From NCBI GenBank assembly GCA_963782775.1, contig CAWALE010000008.1, positions 172,619-236,618 of the forward strand: a stretch of 64,000 bases of DNA. Reading direction: 5' to 3'. The notes under the pieces are model-generated. The model was not told where the DNA came from, did no database searches, and saw only the letters and a program-made list of their open reading frames with translations. The stretch comes from an uncultured Acidobacteriaceae bacterium (lineage in GTDB: Bacteria > Acidobacteriota > Terriglobia > Terriglobales > Acidobacteriaceae). Positions 59,224-64,000 of this stretch are shown here, piece by piece (position 1 is the stretch's first letter; each line of letters starts with the position of its first letter). A program made the position numbers and the translations under genes.

Positions 59224-60400
59224 TTGGCACATCGATATTTCACGCTGCTTGCATGCGCTGGGATCCTGGCCGGTCCCACCCTTTCGCCTGCGGCGGGCGG
59301 CGACGTAAAGGTCATCAAAATACCACGGAGGAGCGAGTTAACTCCAGTTCAGCGCCTTAATCGCAAGGGCGTAGAAGCTGTTAAGAAACATGACTACCGT
59401 GGTGCTGAGTCGCTTTTCTACAAAGCTTATCTCTATGACCCCGCGGACCCCTTTACGCTGAATAATCTTGGTTATGTATCAGAGCTTGAGGGGGACCTTG
59501 AGCGCGCCAATAAATTCTACGCATTGGCGGCCGAGCAGGGCTCGAACGCAAGCATCGATCTCAGCAATGTTGAACACCTGGAAGGCAAGCCGATGCGCGA
59601 TGCCTTGATCAACTTGCAGGACGTGCCGATCCGTGTGAACCGGACGAACATCCAGGCAATGCGATTGCTTGCGCAGAATCGTGGTTTCGAAGCCGTTGCA
59701 CTCCTCAAGCAGATTCTTCCGCTTGCCCCACAAAATGCATTCACACTCAACAATCTTGGTGTCGCCAGCGAAGCAACAGGCGATATCGACAGCGCCCTTC
59801 GCTATTACCGTGCTGCTGCCGCCTCCAACTCCTCCGAGCCGGCGGCGGTAACGCTGGACCAGGCGTGGCGCGGAAAATCTGTGAGCGAGATGGCGGCTGC
59901 GAGTGGGAATCGGCTTGCACGCCGTATCCGCAACGCCGGACCCGCGGAAGCTCAGGCAGTCATGTTGACGATCCGCGGTGTGTTCGCGGTCAACCAGAAC
60001 GACTGGGCTTCTGCACGCGAAGACTTCCTTCGCGCATATTCACTTGACCCAACCAGTGCCTTCACTCTCAATAACCGCGGCGTATGTAGCGGAAAGAGAC
60101 GGCGACTTGGAGACTGCGCAGTTCTACTACGGAAAAGCGCAGAAGGCCAACAACGCAGGTTCCCGGGTTGGATTCGCGACCCAGCTTTCAGCCGAAGGTC
60201 AGAGCCTGGGCGTGGTCGCAACCGACAGCAATGAGAAAGTCGACAACGCAATTGATGCCTACAGCCAGCAGAGGCGTCGCCAGACGGGCCCTGTCGAGCT
60301 GACGCCTCGCGGTGGTTCAATCTCTCCCAGCCAACCGAATGAGCCGCAGAAACCACCGGCGACGACGCCTCCTGACCAACTGCAAGCGCCTCAACCGTAA
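59224..60400 (+). CDS. Exported TPR protein, one apparent indel (~60083)
   Basis: Three TPR units 'FTLNNLGY', 'FTLNNLGV' and 'FTLNNRG(Y)'; continues in ORF 59978-60400. Confidence 0.8.
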
Positions 60401-60416
60401 TCGAGAATATTCGCAA

Positions 60417-61524
60417 ATGTCAGAACTGCTTATCGCCCACAAATCGCTGAATCGCCTCTCTCGCCTTCTTCTTCCCCCCGAGGCGGTGAAGACCTCCACG
60501 GGAGGATCCTACGCAGAGTTGGAGCGGGACCTCGGGCAGCTGACACGACCGGAATTTGACAGCCTCGCGGCCCTGGCTGAAACCAACCACGTTCTGATGC
60601 GGGGGATTGGAGTCTTCAAAGAGCTTGCTCGCAAGGCGGGCGACGATGTTCGCTTAGCGTGGGCAGATGTCTGCCTTTCGGCGGAGGAAACTCGCATCGA
60701 TACGGCGCTCACACATCTTTCATGCATATGCACCGCTTTCGCGCAGCATCAGCTTCCGGTGGCCGTAATCAAATCTCTCGATCACCTGCCTGATCTCGGA
60801 AGTGATCTAGACCTGTACACTTCTGCCAAGCCGGACGATGTGATCCGTCTGATGGAAGCGGAGTTTGATGCACGCGTTGCATCTCGCAGCTGGGGCGACC
60901 GGCTTGCCTGCAAGTGGAATTTCATTGTTCCGGGATTGCCGGAGCTTGTCGAAATCCATATTGGACGCCTTGGGCAGACAGGCGAACAGTTTGCTATTGC
61001 TTCTTCGCTCATCGAGCGATCGCGTTGCGTCACCGTTGGCGAGCTGCAGTTTCGTGTGCCCTCCATCTCCGACCGGCTTATGATCTCGACGCTGCAGCGC
61101 ATGTATCGGCACTTCTATTTTCGTCTTTGCGACATCATCGACAGTTCGCTTCTTGTCGAGAGCGGAAGCATCGATTACAGACGACTTGCAGGCTGCCGCA
61201 ACCAGGGCAGGCATCTGGGAAGGCGTGGCAACATATCTTGCAATTGTTTCTGATTACGCTTGTCGCTATCGAGGCATCCCCCTGGAAATTCCAGAGTGGG
61301 TGATATTGTCAGCGCGTTTCAACGGGAAGGAAGTCTACTTTGCGAAAGATTTCCTGCGGGTCCCGATTTTGCCGCAGTCGGCAATGCTCTACGGGTCGCA
61401 ATTGGCCGGCGTGATTCGGCGACGGCAACTCCATAGCGGCGCGCGCCTGAGCCTTTTGCCGTGGCTTGCTACTGCGGCGCTCGTGGGACAGAAGATCACC
61501 GGAAGCGATAAGGGAATTTGGTGA
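60417..61524 (+). CDS. Nucleotidyltransferase family protein (NTP_transf_5-like), one apparent indel (~61179)
   Basis: 'VAVIKS..H.PDLGSDLDL' (GS-DxD) and 'VEIH'; continues in ORF 61153-61524. Confidence 0.75.
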
Positions 61525-61655
61525 ATCATTTAGCACTTCGGGCCATTGGGTAAGAGAGCCGAAGCAGTGAGGTCGTTTCAATCTGGAAGCCAATTTTGGT
61601 TCGACTGACCAAGAAAAGGGGGGGGCCGATTGCCTCATATTCGGCGCAATAAACT

Positions 61656-62663
61656 ATGGGAGACTTTGAACCGAGAACGCGAAAATCGAGCTCTAAAATA
61701 AGGCCGTTCGCAGTTCGCCAATCGTATTCCTACAACTCTTCATCACTGGCCATTGATCTGCTCGACAGTGATGCTGAAGAAGCTGACGCACTTTACCTGG
61801 TGCCCTCGCGCCCGATTCCCATGCCCTCTTCGGTGCCGACATTTGGGAATCTCGATGCGGCTCTCAAGCAGCGAAGTCCGAAATCGCGCATTATCTCGGC
61901 CATTGTCCATGCAGGTTTGATCAGTCTTGTGCTCTGGCTGGGTATGCAGATTCACACTGTTGTTGCGCCTGTCACGACGACGGCACATGTCGATTTCAAA
62001 CTCTTCGCTCCCGCCCCTCCGCCACCAAAGATTTTGCCGGTGGCCGCGAAGACAGGTGGTGGTGGCGGCGGTGGCGCGCATCAAATCGTTGAACCAACAA
62101 AGGGCCGTGCTCCGGAGGTTGCGAAGGTGCAGATGAATGCACCTCAACTGGCGAGGCTCGAACACCCGAAACTCGCTGTCGAACCGACCACGCCGGTTAA
62201 AATTCCAGACGATCCGAAGATGCTGGACCTTGGCGCGCCCGATTCGCCCCAGATCAAGCTCGCTTCACAAGGCAGCGGCAGCGGTTCGGGATTCGGCCAT
62301 GGATTGGGCGGCGGGCTCGGTGCCGGTCGCGGCATCGGCTCCGGCCCAGGAAGCGGTGGCGGATATGGCGGCGGTCTGATGAACGTCGGTGGCGGAGTCA
62401 GCGCGCCCGTGGTCATTCATTCGGTTCAACCTGAGTTTTCAGACCAAGCGCGCCAGTCCAATTTTCAAGGAAGTGTGGCCCTGCAACTGATTGTCGATGC
62501 CAACGGCAATCCGCAGAACATCCACATCACACGGCATCTGGGCATGGGTCTCGATGAAAAAGCCATTGAGGCAGTCCAGCAGTACAAGTTCAAGCCTGCC
62601 ACGTATCAGGGGCATCCCGTAGCTGTGCAGATCATTGTAAATGTTGACTTCCACCTGCACTAA
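61656..62663 (+). CDS. Energy transducer TonB family protein
   Basis: TM with 'SAIVH', Pro/Gly-rich linker, TonB_C 'PEFSDQAR...VDANGNP...LGMGLDEKAIEAVQQYKFKPA'. Confidence 0.92.
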   Translation: MGDFEPRTRKSSSKIRPFAVRQSYSYNSSSLAIDLLDSDAEEADALYLVPSRPIPMPSSVPTFGNLDAALKQRSPKSRIISAIVHAGLISLVLWLGMQIHTVVAPVTTTAHVDFKLFAPAPPPPKILPVAAKTGGGGGGGAHQIVEPTKGRAPEVAKVQMNAPQLARLEHPKLAVEPTTPVKIPDDPKMLDLGAPDSPQIKLASQGSGSGSGFGHGLGGGLGAGRGIGSGPGSGGGYGGGLMNVGGGVSAPVVIHSVQPEFSDQARQSNFQGSVALQLIVDANGNPQNIHITRHLGMGLDEKAIEAVQQYKFKPATYQGHPVAVQIIVNVDFHLH

Positions 62664-62834
62664 GGCGAGCTAATTCAGCGCAATTGAGCATAGGAAGCAG
62701 ACAAGGCAGTTCCTCATTATGAGTTTCTGATTCAGAAAATCCCTTGAATGCAAAGAATTTGGGTTCTCATTTTTACGTTCGCGCTTGCGGGCGCATCTAA
62801 TTGTGAGATGTGTTGCTGCGATCCGAGTCGACCT

Positions 62835-64000
62835 ATGTCCAGATTCAGACTGATGTCTGCGAGGCTACCCCGATGGGAAAGCCTCCTCGACATTGGCGGT
62901 CCGGTTTCCTCCCGCATCGTTTTTGGTCGCTCAAGTTAATGCACCAGCGCAGCCGTCCGCGCCGCGTCTTCAATACGACAATTCCGTCCGTCACAACCGA
63001 TCCGCGGCGGCCAGAGATCCAGCCCAACCTTTCGTTGGATCGCGATCCGGTCCCTTCGCCAGATGCCGAGGTTCCGGAATCCGCTTCGGCAACTGTCGAT
63101 ACTCCATCCAAGTCGGTAGAACTGCAAAAGGGACAGGATGGGATTTACACCCTGCATCAGGATGTTGACGAAGTTCTTCTCAACATCACTGTCGTCGACG
63201 AGAAGGGCCACCCCGTTGAAGACCTCACGCGCGACGATTTCCGCGTGTGGGAAGATAACGTTCCCCAGCGTACCAGTTCGTTCAGACACCAGGATCAGCC
63301 CGTCTCCATGGGCATTCTCATCGATAATTCCGGTTCCATGCGCGACAAACGCACCGCCGTGAATGCGGCTGCAATGAATCTACTGAAAGATTCCAATCGC
63401 CAGGATGCTGCATTCATCGTGAACTTCAATGAGCACGCGTATCTCGACCAGGGCTTTACGACCGATCTCGTCGCCCTCAATCGCGGACTGGCGCACTTCG
63501 ATACGCGTGGAACAACGGCGCTCTATGACGCCGTCGCCGCCTCGGCGGATGAGTTGGCAAAGAATACGAAGCTTCCGAAGCAGGTGCTCCTTATCGTGTC
63601 GGACGGAGCAGACAACGCATCGAGACTGAGCCAACAGCAGGCAATCCAGCGTGTACAGAACCTCGGCGGCCCGGTCGTCTATTCGATTGGCTTGCTTTAC
63701 GACGCCGATGCACGTGAATACCAGCAGGCCCACCAGGCGTTGCAGACTCTCTCCGATGACACGGGCGGCCTTGCATATTTCCCGCGCTCGCTCGCCGAAG
63801 TTAACGAGATCGCTTCTGACGTCGCCAGGGATATTCGCAATCAATACACAGTCGGCTACCGCTCTACCCGGTCAGCAAGCCTCGGCGGATATCGCGTCGT
63901 CCACGTTGAGGCGATTGCTCCACGGCATGGCAAACTCACGGTAAGAACTCGCCGCGGCTATTACGCTCAACCCGGCCACGTCAATCAAACCGCGCAGAGC
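62835..64000 (+). CDS. VWA domain protein (Acidobacterial VWFA-related type), 3' truncated; 5' end has apparent indels
   Basis: Open frame from ~62939 to the window end: 'VDEVLLNITVVDEKG', MIDAS 'DNSGSM', 'TALYDAV', 'VSDGADNAS', 'TGG.AYFP', 'QYTVGY', 'RTRRGYY'. Confidence 0.88.

Noticed and set aside
60417-61524. Lasso-peptide cluster suggested by the NTP_transf_5-like gene
   Set aside because: No lasso cyclase, B1/B2 proteins or precursor peptide in the window.
62270-62395. Gly/Ser-rich GGC repeats as a separate repeat element
   Set aside because: Ordinary glycine-rich linker within the TonB coding sequence.
1-64000. CRISPR array, tRNA/rRNA, transposase, integrase or prophage genes
   Set aside because: No regularly spaced repeat-spacer array, RNA gene signature or mobile-element protein motif was seen.

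Overview
GC-rich bacterial chromosomal segment, most consistent with an Acidobacteriaceae-type genome (inferred from the gene families and the intergenic repeat style). The left ~27 kb is mostly core envelope and housekeeping DNA: a SIMPL protein, an ECF sigma/anti-sigma pair, a GT39, a redox cluster, bamA followed by two skp paralogs, lepA, an MltD-like lytic transglycosylase, an H1-like basic protein, bcp, fabZ-lpxA-lpxI, two small beta-barrel OMPs and a PadR/HAAS pair. The middle (27-37 kb) carries metabolic and secreted enzymes. The right ~27 kb looks like a large, visibly less GC-rich surface-glycan locus: TPR/beta-barrel protein, GT4, GtrB-like GT2, GT-C, a Wzx flippase fused to a ParB/Srx-like domain, GH99-like hydrolase, TMK-like kinase, nucleotidyltransferase, phosphoesterase, STAS, TonB and VWA proteins. 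Many genes, including essential bamA and lpxA, are split by single-base indels, almost certainly sequencing or assembly errors. The most notable observations are: (1) a ~170-nt 5' leader with a conserved, co-varying three-way-junction fold upstream of both skp paralogs, plus a separate duplicated hairpin upstream of bamA; (2) the glycan locus and its flippase-ParB/Srx fusion; (3) an identical ECF-type promoter upstream of the sigma gene and of a DUF6249-like gene; (4) a DnaA-box cluster that is probably not oriC. No rRNA, tRNA, CRISPR array or transposase was seen. Domain names come from recognised motifs, not database searches.
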